A stretch of 64,000 bases of DNA. It comes from a virus. The number at the start of each line of letters is the position of its first letter. The stretch's first letter is position 1. The notes beneath the pieces were generated by a model, which was not told the DNA's origin, made no database searches, and saw nothing but the letters and a program-made list of their open reading frames with translations. The translations under genes and the position numbers were made by a program. The stretch covers positions 34,739-98,738 of the IMG/VR virus record IMGVR_UViG_3300027714_000008; one strand, 5' to 3'. This document shows, piece by piece, positions 29,617 to 39,139 of the stretch.

Positions 29617-32600
29617 TTAATCCCACTTGGTGCTGTAATGTGCTGCAGCTTTGACAGCATCATACTTATCTGTACCGCCTATCTCACCATCATCATAACT
29701 GGCCCCATTTCCAGCAAAATCACGATGGTCGTTATCGCCAGAACTAGTGTTGTTGTAACTAGGATCTTGTGTAGTTTGAACTGTTGTTTGAATAGCGTGC
29801 CTTCTAGTGTGTTTAATATCTTCTTGATAATGTTGCATAGTACCAGTTGAAACAAAGTCAGACGATGCGTATGATGTTGCGTTAACTCTATTTAGCTCAC
29901 TAATATCTATAAGCGTAAATTGTCTTGTTCCTGTTAAGAATTTAGTTGCATTCTTATTTGGCACAAAGATAATACCTTCAATTGCACCATTAGCATCTGA
30001 TAATATGGATGCAGTCTTACCGCCTAAAGTAGGTGGGAATTCTGTTTCATTGATGTACTTATCACCAGGATCAAGATAATTAGAATTAGTCGCTTGTGCC
30101 GCAAAGTATTGGAACTTTCCTGAACCTGTTTGAACAAAAGCAGAAATATCAGTTTCGTCATAGAATGGGAAGTAACGAGTATTAGGTCTCAAGCCTTGCG
30201 CTTTAAAGAATATAAATCGTTCTCTTTGGTATTGAATAGATGTTTCATAAAGTATTTCGTCTGCCATTGATGTCACGACTGTTTCACTCTTGACAATTGT
30301 ACTTGTTACAGTAGAAGTCGTTCGACCATTCTTTGAAGTCTTACTTTCAGAGTAACCGGCTTTTAATGAATCTGCTTGTACACCTGACCAGTTAAAGCCC
30401 CAATCATTCCACAAGGAAGTGTTTGCTGGGTCTAGCTTTGTTCCGCCGTCAACAATCTTAGCAGGTAAACGAGAGGTGTCGAACCATGTATCAGTAGATG
30501 GTGACATTTTAATATGCCCAATAGTCACACCTAAGTTAAATGCGTTTACTGATGTTGCACTGGATGCCTGAGTATTTGAAGCATATACAACTTCTTCATA
30601 AAGAGGGTATACTGTATCGCCTATTAAGGACACACGATCAGAAGCATCAGAGTCATAAACAAGTTCAGAACTGTTTGCAACAAATGATGGTCTTAATTCT
30701 CTATTGAATACATCAGTAGATGCACGATAATCTAATGCAGTTCTTAAACTTTGTGAGTGGTCTGTAAAGTTGTCGGCAGTTAGGCCAACTTTTAGACGAT
30801 TAACACCAGCCGAGTCAAGAACTTCTAAAGTAGCAGTTTCTAGCTCAAGCATGTTTAATGTAGTAATTTCTTCAATCTTGTCCATACGTGTTTCAAGATC
30901 AGATATATCTCTCATAGTGTAACGTCTGTTATCAACATACGTCATAGATACATCGCTATCATTCAATGTGTAAGGATTTATAGATAGTCTAGCAAGTTCC
31001 ATTGCATTATCAGGAACGGATGGGTGTATAGGAAATAATGACCTTTCACCAGCAACCGCTTCAAATGTGCCTGCTTTATTCAATACAATTCTGTAACCTT
31101 GACCAAGATAGTAAGCAATGTCTGTAGTAATAAGATCAGTGTTAGCTGGAATTTCTACAGTTACCGCACCAGTTGAAGTAAAGTCAGATGCAGTGTTAGC
31201 ACGTAAAGGTCTAAAGTCTAATACGTCTCTTAAAGAAACAGTCTCACCATTCTTTTGTCTGTATGATGGAATGTCTTCATATTCAACTTGACCAGTGTAA
31301 GAATTTACAGCAAAGAAGTCTCCGCCAGCTCCGTGTGCAAAGTGATCAAAGTTAACATAAACATCACCGCTTGGAGCAGAAAAGCCAGCACGTAATGTTA
31401 GAATGCCTTCCGAATAGAAGTTATCTCTTTGTCCATTGTCAAGTACATAATAGTCTGTAATGACATTACCAGCAGATGTAGCATCTCGTACTTCATTAAT
31501 TCTAAATATGTCACCACGCTCTAGCTGAACTGTGTCGTCACTTTCAGGAGAAATAGTAGCCGTTCTATTTGTTAATGCTTTAGTTTTTACTGTGGCAGCA
31601 CCTTTGTTGACATAGGCTAACAATGAAACAGCAGAAGATTTTTGAAGCGTTCCTAATGTAACACCTGTAGTTCCGTTACCACCAGCAGTCACAGTAATCG
31701 CACTTTCTACACCAGAAGAATCTGTTGATAGTAACCAATTTGTAGAGTTGGCAAAAGTCTCGCCTGTTGCAGACAATGAAAGAGCCAATGTAGCGTTAGC
31801 CGCTGCAGTACCAGTGAAACGTCTTTGTGTCGTCAATGATATGTCAGTTATGGCAGAAGGTCTGATACCTGATAAAGGGAACAATAAGTTATTATTAGAA
31901 GTGTCTTTTATTACAGCAACACTATTTTCAAGAACAAGATCAGCATAGTTAGTAGTGCTAAGACCTATACTTCTAACAGCACTAAACTGTTTAGCCGAAG
32001 CCATTACAACATCAAAGATGTATATTCTATAATACAAACCAAATTTCTCAATAGACCTTATTCTAGCCGTACCAATAGTTGCACCACCATGAGTAACAGC
32101 CGATCTTAAATTGACATTAGCCATAGTTGTAATGTTTGGCAAGCCTAACTTAGTCAAAGATAAAATGTAATTACCATACTCTGAGGCAACAACATCATTG
32201 TTTACTGTAGTAGTTGTTCTTGGCTTGTCAATAGGAATTCGTATTGGGTTATAAGATTCGAACCTTTTACCTTTTACATAAGCAATACCAGCATTGATTG
32301 TTATATCAAGTTTAGTTGCATCAGAATCGTTGGCTTGGGTTTTTATTATGAATGGCTTAACTGTATAGTTACCAGACTCTTCGAATGTCCTTTGAGCCAA
32401 GATGTCGCCTACGACACTCAAGCTCCTATCACCAGCAGACTTAACAGCCGCCATTAATCCATTGACAATATCAAAGGATGGAATGAATGTAGTACCAGCA
32501 GAAACATTAGCTTGTAATGCCAGTGCTAATGTAATCTTATATCTGTCTGCACCAGGAGCAGTCAAGTTTGGTGTGTCTGTTGAATTGTCGTAAAGTGCAG

Positions 32601-33279
32601 TATCATCAGCCGCTTTAACAACTTGTTCTGAAACAGTAAAACCAACTACAGCCGTAGGTGTACTTGAATACTTAGAAATAACAATGCTTTGCGCATTAGA
32701 CTGAACGAAGTGACCGCTTACGAAGAATACTGATTCTTTTACCGAGAGCCTTGTACCACGCCCAACAGCTGGATTTGCAGTAGTATTAGTAGATTGTACT
32801 TGTAAGTTTGTTCCACTGACATCGCCATTGATAACTTCACCTGGTGTTAAACGAACAGGTGTGGTGGTACCAGAAATTGAATTGTTATTTACATACTCAA
32901 CAAAGATTGTTGCAGGGTCACCATCAGCCGCTGCTTTGATTTCAACAATGCGAACTTTAATAGTAGATGTTTGTCCAGTAAAAATTTCACCGATTAAAGC
33001 AGAGAACGTTGTAGGTAAAGCATATGTAGTAGTATCTAGTTTACCAAATTCAAATCTTGTATCTAATTGAATACCACCCGAATGGACAGGCGCACCTTCT
33101 TTAAATACAAAACGAGCATGTTGCTCTGCTTCTCTTTGAATAATCGTTTGAAGTTGGGTTAACTCTCTTGCTTGAAGTGCTGAACCCGAATTAAAAAGTA
33201 TTCTGTGATAATTATCGCTGTCTGCGAAATCATCTCTGTATGTCTGACTAAAGCTGGTGCTTGTAACGTTGCTTACCAT
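29617..33279 (-). CDS. Large virion protein (DUF4815/VrlC-like)
   Basis: YRDDF..NYHRILF..LQARELTQLQT, APGADRYKI, RTFEESGNY and RYTMRDI motifs. Confidence 0.8.
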   Translation of the reverse strand: MVSNVTSTSFSQTYRDDFADSDNYHRILFNSGSALQARELTQLQTIIQREAEQHARFVFKEGAPVHSGGIQLDTRFEFGKLDTTTYALPTTFSALIGEIFTGQTSTIKVRIVEIKAAADGDPATIFVEYVNNNSISGTTTPVRLTPGEVINGDVSGTNLQVQSTNTTANPAVGRGTRLSVKESVFFVSGHFVQSNAQSIVISKYSSTPTAVVGFTVSEQVVKAADDTALYDNSTDTPNLTAPGADRYKITLALALQANVSAGTTFIPSFDIVNGLMAAVKSAGDRSLSVVGDILAQRTFEESGNYTVKPFIIKTQANDSDATKLDITINAGIAYVKGKRFESYNPIRIPIDKPRTTTTVNNDVVASEYGNYILSLTKLGLPNITTMANVNLRSAVTHGGATIGTARIRSIEKFGLYYRIYIFDVVMASAKQFSAVRSIGLSTTNYADLVLENSVAVIKDTSNNNLLFPLSGIRPSAITDISLTTQRRFTGTAAANATLALSLSATGETFANSTNWLLSTDSSGVESAITVTAGGNGTTGVTLGTLQKSSAVSLLAYVNKGAATVKTKALTNRTATISPESDDTVQLERGDIFRINEVRDATSAGNVITDYYVLDNGQRDNFYSEGILTLRAGFSAPSGDVYVNFDHFAHGAGGDFFAVNSYTGQVEYEDIPSYRQKNGETVSLRDVLDFRPLRANTASDFTSTGAVTVEIPANTDLITTDIAYYLGQGYRIVLNKAGTFEAVAGERSLFPIHPSVPDNAMELARLSINPYTLNDSDVSMTYVDNRRYTMRDISDLETRMDKIEEITTLNMLELETATLEVLDSAGVNRLKVGLTADNFTDHSQSLRTALDYRASTDVFNRELRPSFVANSSELVYDSDASDRVSLIGDTVYPLYEEVVYASNTQASSATSVNAFNLGVTIGHIKMSPSTDTWFDTSRLPAKIVDGGTKLDPANTSLWNDWGFNWSGVQADSLKAGYSESKTSKNGRTTSTVTSTIVKSETVVTSMADEILYETSIQYQRERFIFFKAQGLRPNTRYFPFYDETDISAFVQTGSGKFQYFAAQATNSNYLDPGDKYINETEFPPTLGGKTASILSDANGAIEGIIFVPNKNATKFLTGTRQFTLIDISELNRVNATSYASSDFVSTGTMQHYQEDIKHTRRHAIQTTVQTTQDPSYNNTSSGDNDHRDFAGNGASYDDGEIGGTDKYDAVKAAAHYSTKWD

Positions 33280-33291
33280 TATTTTCTCTTC

Positions 33292-34641
33292 TTACAATTG
33301 AATTACGATTTTAATATCTTCGGTTTGGTCTGTGGCTCTAGTAATAGCGGCTCTATTTTCAACATACAACACTTCACCTGAATTTATGTTAATGTTTGGA
33401 GTTGTCCATGTACTTGCACTATCTAGTGTTCCAGCACCATTACCATCTGTCTCAGTCAAGGCTTCGGCAGTTGTAAATGCAGTAAAGCCTGTGTCCTCTG
33501 TCTGATGGTAACGTATTATCTTAGTCGATGTGCTATATGTATCAACGTATGCTTTAGCACCAGAAGACCCACCTAAGATAGTATTATCAGGAGTGAATGC
33601 TGTCGTCTGTGATGCTACTAATAAACTTTTAAGAGCAAATCCAGATGCCGCTGTAAAGTCGGAATCAGTTGTAGGGACTAATGGATTTTTAATTAAAGCT
33701 ACTTGACGGAAATCATTATCAGTTATAAATGTGTTTGTTTCATTGCCAGCTGGTTTTGTATTGAACATAACAGCCTTTGCTCTAAGGTCATTTAAAGCGT
33801 TTGCACCAAAACCCTTATTAGGAGAAAGTACAGCACGTGCCGTAGCAGAACCAGCACCGAATGTTATAGTAGCTTTAGTGAAATCATGTCCGTGTCTAAT
33901 GCCACCAGTACCATTTGAATCTAATAGGATGTCTACGACTGCGCCACCACTTATAATTGCCGTGGCTGTACAACTGTCACCATCACCAACTACTGTGACT
34001 GTAGGAATTGATGAATAACCAGTACCACCAGATACAACACGAATACTACCGATTTGACCTGATATTGCCGCTGTCTGTACGCCCTTTTGTTCTACTAAAG
34101 CCGCCGCTGACGAACTGTCTGTTGTCCCAATCAATTTTACAGGAACAAAGTTTGCAGAAAGAAACTTGTTTGCGTCTGTAGCAGAAAGGGTGTAAAGGAA
34201 TTTCCAAGTGTAACCATCGGCTAATAAGAATGATGATGTTGCAGAGCCAGTTGGTTCTACAGTAGATGCTACAGCCGCACCAGTCGAGTCTTTACCTTGT
34301 TGTAGGCAAATATACACTGCATTATCGTCTGTGATAACAAAGTATGGTGTAGTAGGATGCGAAGCTATGTTATCGTCCCAACCATCATAAAGTGTACCAG
34401 CTGTCCAGTTATTTCTAGGAACAACATAAGAAACGTCTTCACCAGATTTAATTGATTGAAGTTGCAATCTTAAATTACGTTCTTCTCTTAAAGTATTAAC
34501 AGGTGTTGGAGCTGTGTCTGAACTATCCCAATCGATAGAGTTACCTATACCGATATAATAAGATGCTGCTGTTGTTCCAACTTCTGCGATAAGACTATCA
34601 AGAAGTACCCTTTTTAAACTGTCAGTAATAATGCCTGTCAT
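33292..34641 (-). CDS. g8: Baseplate wedge gp8
   Basis: VVPRNNWTAG, VYICL, DGYTWKFLY and YVENRAAITRATDQTEDIKIVI motifs. Confidence 0.9.
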   Translation of the reverse strand: MTGIITDSLKRVLLDSLIAEVGTTAASYYIGIGNSIDWDSSDTAPTPVNTLREERNLRLQLQSIKSGEDVSYVVPRNNWTAGTLYDGWDDNIASHPTTPYFVITDDNAVYICLQQGKDSTGAAVASTVEPTGSATSSFLLADGYTWKFLYTLSATDANKFLSANFVPVKLIGTTDSSSAAALVEQKGVQTAAISGQIGSIRVVSGGTGYSSIPTVTVVGDGDSCTATAIISGGAVVDILLDSNGTGGIRHGHDFTKATITFGAGSATARAVLSPNKGFGANALNDLRAKAVMFNTKPAGNETNTFITDNDFRQVALIKNPLVPTTDSDFTAASGFALKSLLVASQTTAFTPDNTILGGSSGAKAYVDTYSTSTKIIRYHQTEDTGFTAFTTAEALTETDGNGAGTLDSASTWTTPNININSGEVLYVENRAAITRATDQTEDIKIVIQL

Positions 34642-34653
34642 TTGTTTTTCCTA

Positions 34654-35643
34654 TTAAGCTACTGTAACGCTTGATTGATTACCAACGAGATACCAATTAG
34701 CACCATCCCAGATAACTGTTGCGCCGTCATATTGAGCTAGCGCAAATGTAGAACCCTGTGCATAATTTGCAGGGGTTACAGTAGCTACTCCAGCTCCTTT
34801 GTTTGTAAATATTTTAGATTCACCGACTGTTGTACCATCGGCTAAAGACACTGCTAATGCAGAACCTTTATTACAGATTATATAGCCTACTGTTGCAGAG
34901 GCCGCACCATTTGCAGTTATTGTTGCAGATGTGATTGCGTGCTTATTAAGTACAGCAGAACCAGTACCCTTACCACCAATTGTAACATTAACATTAGTAT
35001 CACCACCACTTGCAATAATCGTAGGACTATTACCTGTTGCGGCATTGGCTAATGTTACTTCATTAACTGCTGAACCTGTTGCAGTTACTTTAACTAACTC
35101 ATTACCATTAGTGTCATTTAAAGACGTGCCATACTTACCTGTGTTTATTACAGGAGATGTCAAAGTCTTGTTAGTAAATGTCTGTGCAAACCCAGCAAAA
35201 GCAAACGTATCATTTCCAGCCAACAAAGGTAAAGTCACAGTCCTATCAGCACTCAATTCACTTACAGCAAACACATACTGGTGATCGGCAGACGTGTCAT
35301 TAATTTGTGGTGTTGTTATGACAGGAGAAGTCAAAGTCTTATTTGTTAGCGTTGAAGTTCCTGTATCTAATGTTACAGTGCCACCAGCATCGGGTATTGT
35401 TATTGTTCTGTCAGCAGTCGGGTCTGTTACAAGTAATGTTGTTTCAAAGCTATCGGCAGATGCGCCTTCAAAGACAATAGAGTTTGAAGTCAGAGTGATA
35501 CCAGCCGAAAGAACATCACTGTCTCCGCCTAATTTCTGAAAAAGTTCTACAAAATTGGAATTAATTTTAGTACCAGCAGAACGTAAAGTTTCGCCTGTGC
35601 CGTCATTAGCAGCCGCTCCAATCGATATGTTTTGCCTAGTCAT
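34654..35643 (-). CDS. gp9/gp10-like baseplate fibre connector
   Basis: N-terminal QNISIGAAANDGTGETLRSAGTKINSNF; TLTNKTLTSPVI repeats. Confidence 0.75.
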   Translation of the reverse strand: MTRQNISIGAAANDGTGETLRSAGTKINSNFVELFQKLGGDSDVLSAGITLTSNSIVFEGASADSFETTLLVTDPTADRTITIPDAGGTVTLDTGTSTLTNKTLTSPVITTPQINDTSADHQYVFAVSELSADRTVTLPLLAGNDTFAFAGFAQTFTNKTLTSPVINTGKYGTSLNDTNGNELVKVTATGSAVNEVTLANAATGNSPTIIASGGDTNVNVTIGGKGTGSAVLNKHAITSATITANGAASATVGYIICNKGSALAVSLADGTTVGESKIFTNKGAGVATVTPANYAQGSTFALAQYDGATVIWDGANWYLVGNQSSVTVA

Positions 35644-35675
35644 TAAATTTTAATCCTTTAAGCTTTAATTAATGT

Positions 35676-35683
35676 TATTTATA
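35676..35683 (-). promoter_or_regulatory. Late promoter TATAAATA
   Basis: Exact motif in an intergenic gap. Confidence 0.75.
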
Positions 35684-35719
35684 ACAGTTATATGAGTTGA
35701 TTTGCCAAGTCTTATTGTT

Positions 35720-36715
35720 TTATCTAGTTAATATACCACCAGCTGAGTCTGCAAATACAGAGCCATGCTTGCCGTCAAAGTACGATTGATCCATAGTCTC
35801 GAATGTGTTAGAGAATTTAACCGCTTTAATTGTTCCGTCACTATCTTCATCGAACCTAGGTGAGTTGGCGTCAATAGCATCTTCAATATCGTTGTACATA
35901 GCATCAAACTGTGCAACAGTAAGTTCGCTGTATACCTTAACAGTTGCATTAAGATCAACACGTTCTTTATTAAGACCTGAATCGCTTGTATCATCAAAGA
36001 TACCAGTGATAGAAGTGAAGGCAGTCATACTTAATGGAGTGCCTGTAAGTTGTAATGTAACTTGACCAGCATCACTATCTAAGATAGCCAAAGGTTGAGT
36101 TCCTAAGTTTAGGTTTCCTAGACTTTCAAGAATAACTTCACCACCAAGAAAAAAGCCTGATGGATGCACAAACGATTTGTATAAGTCTCTCCACTTTGCA
36201 ATTGGTACTGATGAACGAACTAATATAGATAATACTTGATATAGCGCACCATTCTGAATATATCTCAATGATTCAGAACCAATTTTAGATTCACCTACAA
36301 TAAACAGGTTAGCTTTAGGATAAACAATCTCAGGTTGCTCTCCATAGAACGTTCTAAAGAAAGTTTCAGATGAAGATAAAGAACCTTTAATTCTATAGTT
36401 ATCAGCAAGCATACCAGCTATCAGCCGTGGGTCTTTAAAGTAATCGGCAGTCACAAGACCTTGACCGATTTCTCCGAATATCTGATTTAGATAGGTAAGT
36501 TCTGTTGCCCTTACGTCTCTTAACTTATATAAGTTCTGTATATCATTATCAAATCCATGATTTGCATCAGAATCCATATAGTCGTAATACTTCTCAAGAA
36601 AACTTACTAGCTTAGGATACTCGGCTATGTAGTGTTCAGGAAGAACTTCTCGGATCTTGCTAGTCGATAGATTCTGACCTCTGCGATCTTCATCAAGTAA
36701 TGTTTGTTGAACCAT
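35720..36715 (-). CDS. Baseplate wedge protein, short gp7-like
   Basis: YPKLVSFLEKYY, YRIKGS and FVHPSGF motifs; lies between g6 and g9/g8. Confidence 0.7.
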   Translation of the reverse strand: MVQQTLLDEDRRGQNLSTSKIREVLPEHYIAEYPKLVSFLEKYYDYMDSDANHGFDNDIQNLYKLRDVRATELTYLNQIFGEIGQGLVTADYFKDPRLIAGMLADNYRIKGSLSSSETFFRTFYGEQPEIVYPKANLFIVGESKIGSESLRYIQNGALYQVLSILVRSSVPIAKWRDLYKSFVHPSGFFLGGEVILESLGNLNLGTQPLAILDSDAGQVTLQLTGTPLSMTAFTSITGIFDDTSDSGLNKERVDLNATVKVYSELTVAQFDAMYNDIEDAIDANSPRFDEDSDGTIKAVKFSNTFETMDQSYFDGKHGSVFADSAGGILTR

Positions 36716-38550
36716 TATAGGGCTACTTGTGTCTTGCCGTAATCTACTGTACCAGCAGTAAACGATCTAGTTGTATCGATATTTAGTACATAATTTCTAA
36801 GGGGTGTAACAGTTCCTTGATTTGCAGGAGTTACTGATATTCTAATATAATCAACTCCACCAGAAATTGATACTGGTGCAAACCCTGTTATTGAAATAAC
36901 ACCAGTCGTAGCATTGTAAGTACCCACGTTACTGATTTGAATACCACCATCTGCATCAACAACTTGAAGTTGTGTAGAACTTAATAGATTGCGTATAGTA
37001 CATAGCTTACTATTAAATGTAAATGTGTTAGAACTGACAATATAGTGAACATCGTCTGGTACGGCGAGTTGGACAGGGAAAGTGACATCGTATGCCTTGG
37101 ATGTTGCCAATGTAGGCACAAACCTTCGTTGCAACTTTAGGTCTATTTTTGAATTTAAAATAGAGTCACCTATGTTATCAATCTCTGTAAGTAAATTAGA
37201 CCTTCTGAATGTTTTACCGAATGCGTTTAGATTAGTTGTAAAGTAGTTTGACACAATCGTAGCAACATTAGTTTCGGCACTTTTTAATGTGACGTTGGTT
37301 TTATTAGGGTTGAAGTTAAACAATGTCGATGTTTCAAGAAACGTTATAACAGGATCAACAAACTTTGTATCTATTGTCATAATAGCCAAAGGCTTAATAA
37401 GATTAGTTATGATTTCATCTTGAGTAGCAACCTTTGATGCGGCTGATGTCGTATCAGGAAACTTGAGAGATACAAACACTTTACCATATTCTGGTGTAGG
37501 TAAGTTATCTTCTCCGCCCCAAGCAATACAATCAGATACAGCTGGATATTTTGAAAGAATTAAAGCCTTATAGTCGTCGGCAGTAACAAGTCTGTTTTGA
37601 GCAGAGAATGCAATAGGAGCATTTGATCTAATAGACTCTATTGTTTCTTTGTCTGCACCGCCACTTGCGACTGTAGATGTCGTTGATACAATAGTATAAG
37701 CAGTACCATCAACTGTGATTGTGTTAGTTGGAGTGTATGTAGCACCACCATTTGACAATGCACCTTTAGAGGATAAGTACGACACAACGATCTTATTGCC
37801 AGCAACAGGAGCTAGTCCAGTTGTAATGCCGTCACTGAATGATAATTCATAGAAAGCATTAGGGGATTCTCTTAATTGGAAAAGCCTTGAACTTGTGTCA
37901 ACTGTAATTGCCTTATGTAATTCCGAGTACACAATGAAATCAGAAGAAGCTGATGAAGTGAATACGTTTATTGCAACAGTTTTTGTATCAATGGACGTTT
38001 CAGGAATGACATAAATCTGACGATCTGTGGCTGAACCAACATAGAATGTTTTTGTTTTTAGAGTGCCTTCGACTAAAGGTATTGCCGTAGTACCAAGAGC
38101 ACTTAGGAAAGAATAGTTACCTGTGCCGTCATCAGTAGCAGTGTGTGCCTCAAGCGTATAGAATGTGTATGAAATGTCATCAACACTTGTAGTAAAAGTA
38201 GAATACTTTGGTAGCGTTATTGTAGCTGGTCTGCCTACAGCAGTAATAGTAGTCGATAGAGCTACGTGTGCAGTTGCAGAAGTAATTGATTTTGGATTGT
38301 ATCCAAGTGTTTCTGCATGTGACACAACAGATGATCGTAATTGTGCTGTATTTAAAAATGATTCATTAAGGGCAAAGTTTGCAACTAACCCATTGAAGTG
38401 AGTGTTGTGTGCCAAGACATCAAGTATGTTTGATAATCCAGATGCTTCAAAGTTATAATCAGCGAACTCGGTTTGTTGTGACAAGTGCGTTTTAAGACTT
38501 GTTTTGATTGTTGCAAAGTCGAGTTGGGTTGACTTGATATTAGTAGCCAT
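36715..38550 (-). CDS. g6: Baseplate wedge gp6
   Basis: LDFATIK, DYNFEASGLS, QNRLVTADDY and WGGED motifs. Confidence 0.95.
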   Translation of the reverse strand: MATNIKSTQLDFATIKTSLKTHLSQQTEFADYNFEASGLSNILDVLAHNTHFNGLVANFALNESFLNTAQLRSSVVSHAETLGYNPKSITSATAHVALSTTITAVGRPATITLPKYSTFTTSVDDISYTFYTLEAHTATDDGTGNYSFLSALGTTAIPLVEGTLKTKTFYVGSATDRQIYVIPETSIDTKTVAINVFTSSASSDFIVYSELHKAITVDTSSRLFQLRESPNAFYELSFSDGITTGLAPVAGNKIVVSYLSSKGALSNGGATYTPTNTITVDGTAYTIVSTTSTVASGGADKETIESIRSNAPIAFSAQNRLVTADDYKALILSKYPAVSDCIAWGGEDNLPTPEYGKVFVSLKFPDTTSAASKVATQDEIITNLIKPLAIMTIDTKFVDPVITFLETSTLFNFNPNKTNVTLKSAETNVATIVSNYFTTNLNAFGKTFRRSNLLTEIDNIGDSILNSKIDLKLQRRFVPTLATSKAYDVTFPVQLAVPDDVHYIVSSNTFTFNSKLCTIRNLLSSTQLQVVDADGGIQISNVGTYNATTGVISITGFAPVSISGGVDYIRISVTPANQGTVTPLRNYVLNIDTTRSFTAGTVDYGKTQVAL

Positions 38551-38551
38551 A

Positions 38552-38995
38552 TTATCTTAGCCTCGTTATGTTTGTTTCGAGTGTTACAATCTCATCGGAG
38601 CTTACTACTTGAAATGTTAAGCTGATACTGATACTATTAGCATCAGGTTGTAGATTAGTAACGACGTTTTTTACTTTTGCTCTTGGTTCGTATCTATTTA
38701 GAACTGATCTAATGACAGTATCAATTTCGAATATGCTGTCGTTATCTGCTAATTGAAAAAGAATGTTGTTTAAATCCCCACCAAAACTAGGTTGAAAAGG
38801 CTTCTCATATTTATTAGTCAATAGTAGGTTCTTAACAGCTTGTTTAACAGCCGCTGCATCTGTCTTCTTGAATATTTCACCAGAAGGTTTCTTTGCAAAT
38901 GTTAAATCTATATCACTGAACAATTTATTACGAGTTGTTACAATAGATCTAGCACCTAAGTTGCCGTCTTCCACTGAAAATGCTCTTGATACCAT
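38552..38995 (-). CDS. g25: Baseplate wedge gp25
   Basis: AVKQAVKNLLLT..EKPFQPSFG and YEPRA motifs. Confidence 0.92.
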   Translation of the reverse strand: MVSRAFSVEDGNLGARSIVTTRNKLFSDIDLTFAKKPSGEIFKKTDAAAVKQAVKNLLLTNKYEKPFQPSFGGDLNNILFQLADNDSIFEIDTVIRSVLNRYEPRAKVKNVVTNLQPDANSISISLTFQVVSSDEIVTLETNITRLR

Positions 38996-39023
38996 TTTTA
39001 TTCGCTTTTTATTAACTTTAGGG

Positions 39024-39052
39024 TTGACAACTTAGTATAACGTGTATATAAT
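39024..39052 (+). promoter_or_regulatory. Consensus sigma70 promoter antisense to the baseplate operon
   Basis: Exact TTGACA-17-TATAAT. Confidence 0.75.
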
Positions 39053-39115
39053 AAAGAAGTAATATATGAAGCCCAGTATATACTCAGCTCTTTTAGAATC
39101 ATTACTAATTAAGTT

Positions 39116-39123
39116 TATTTATA
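39116..39123 (-). promoter_or_regulatory. Late promoter TATAAATA for g25
   Basis: Exact motif in an intergenic gap. Confidence 0.75.
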
Positions 39124-39139
39124 ACACTTATTACTAATC

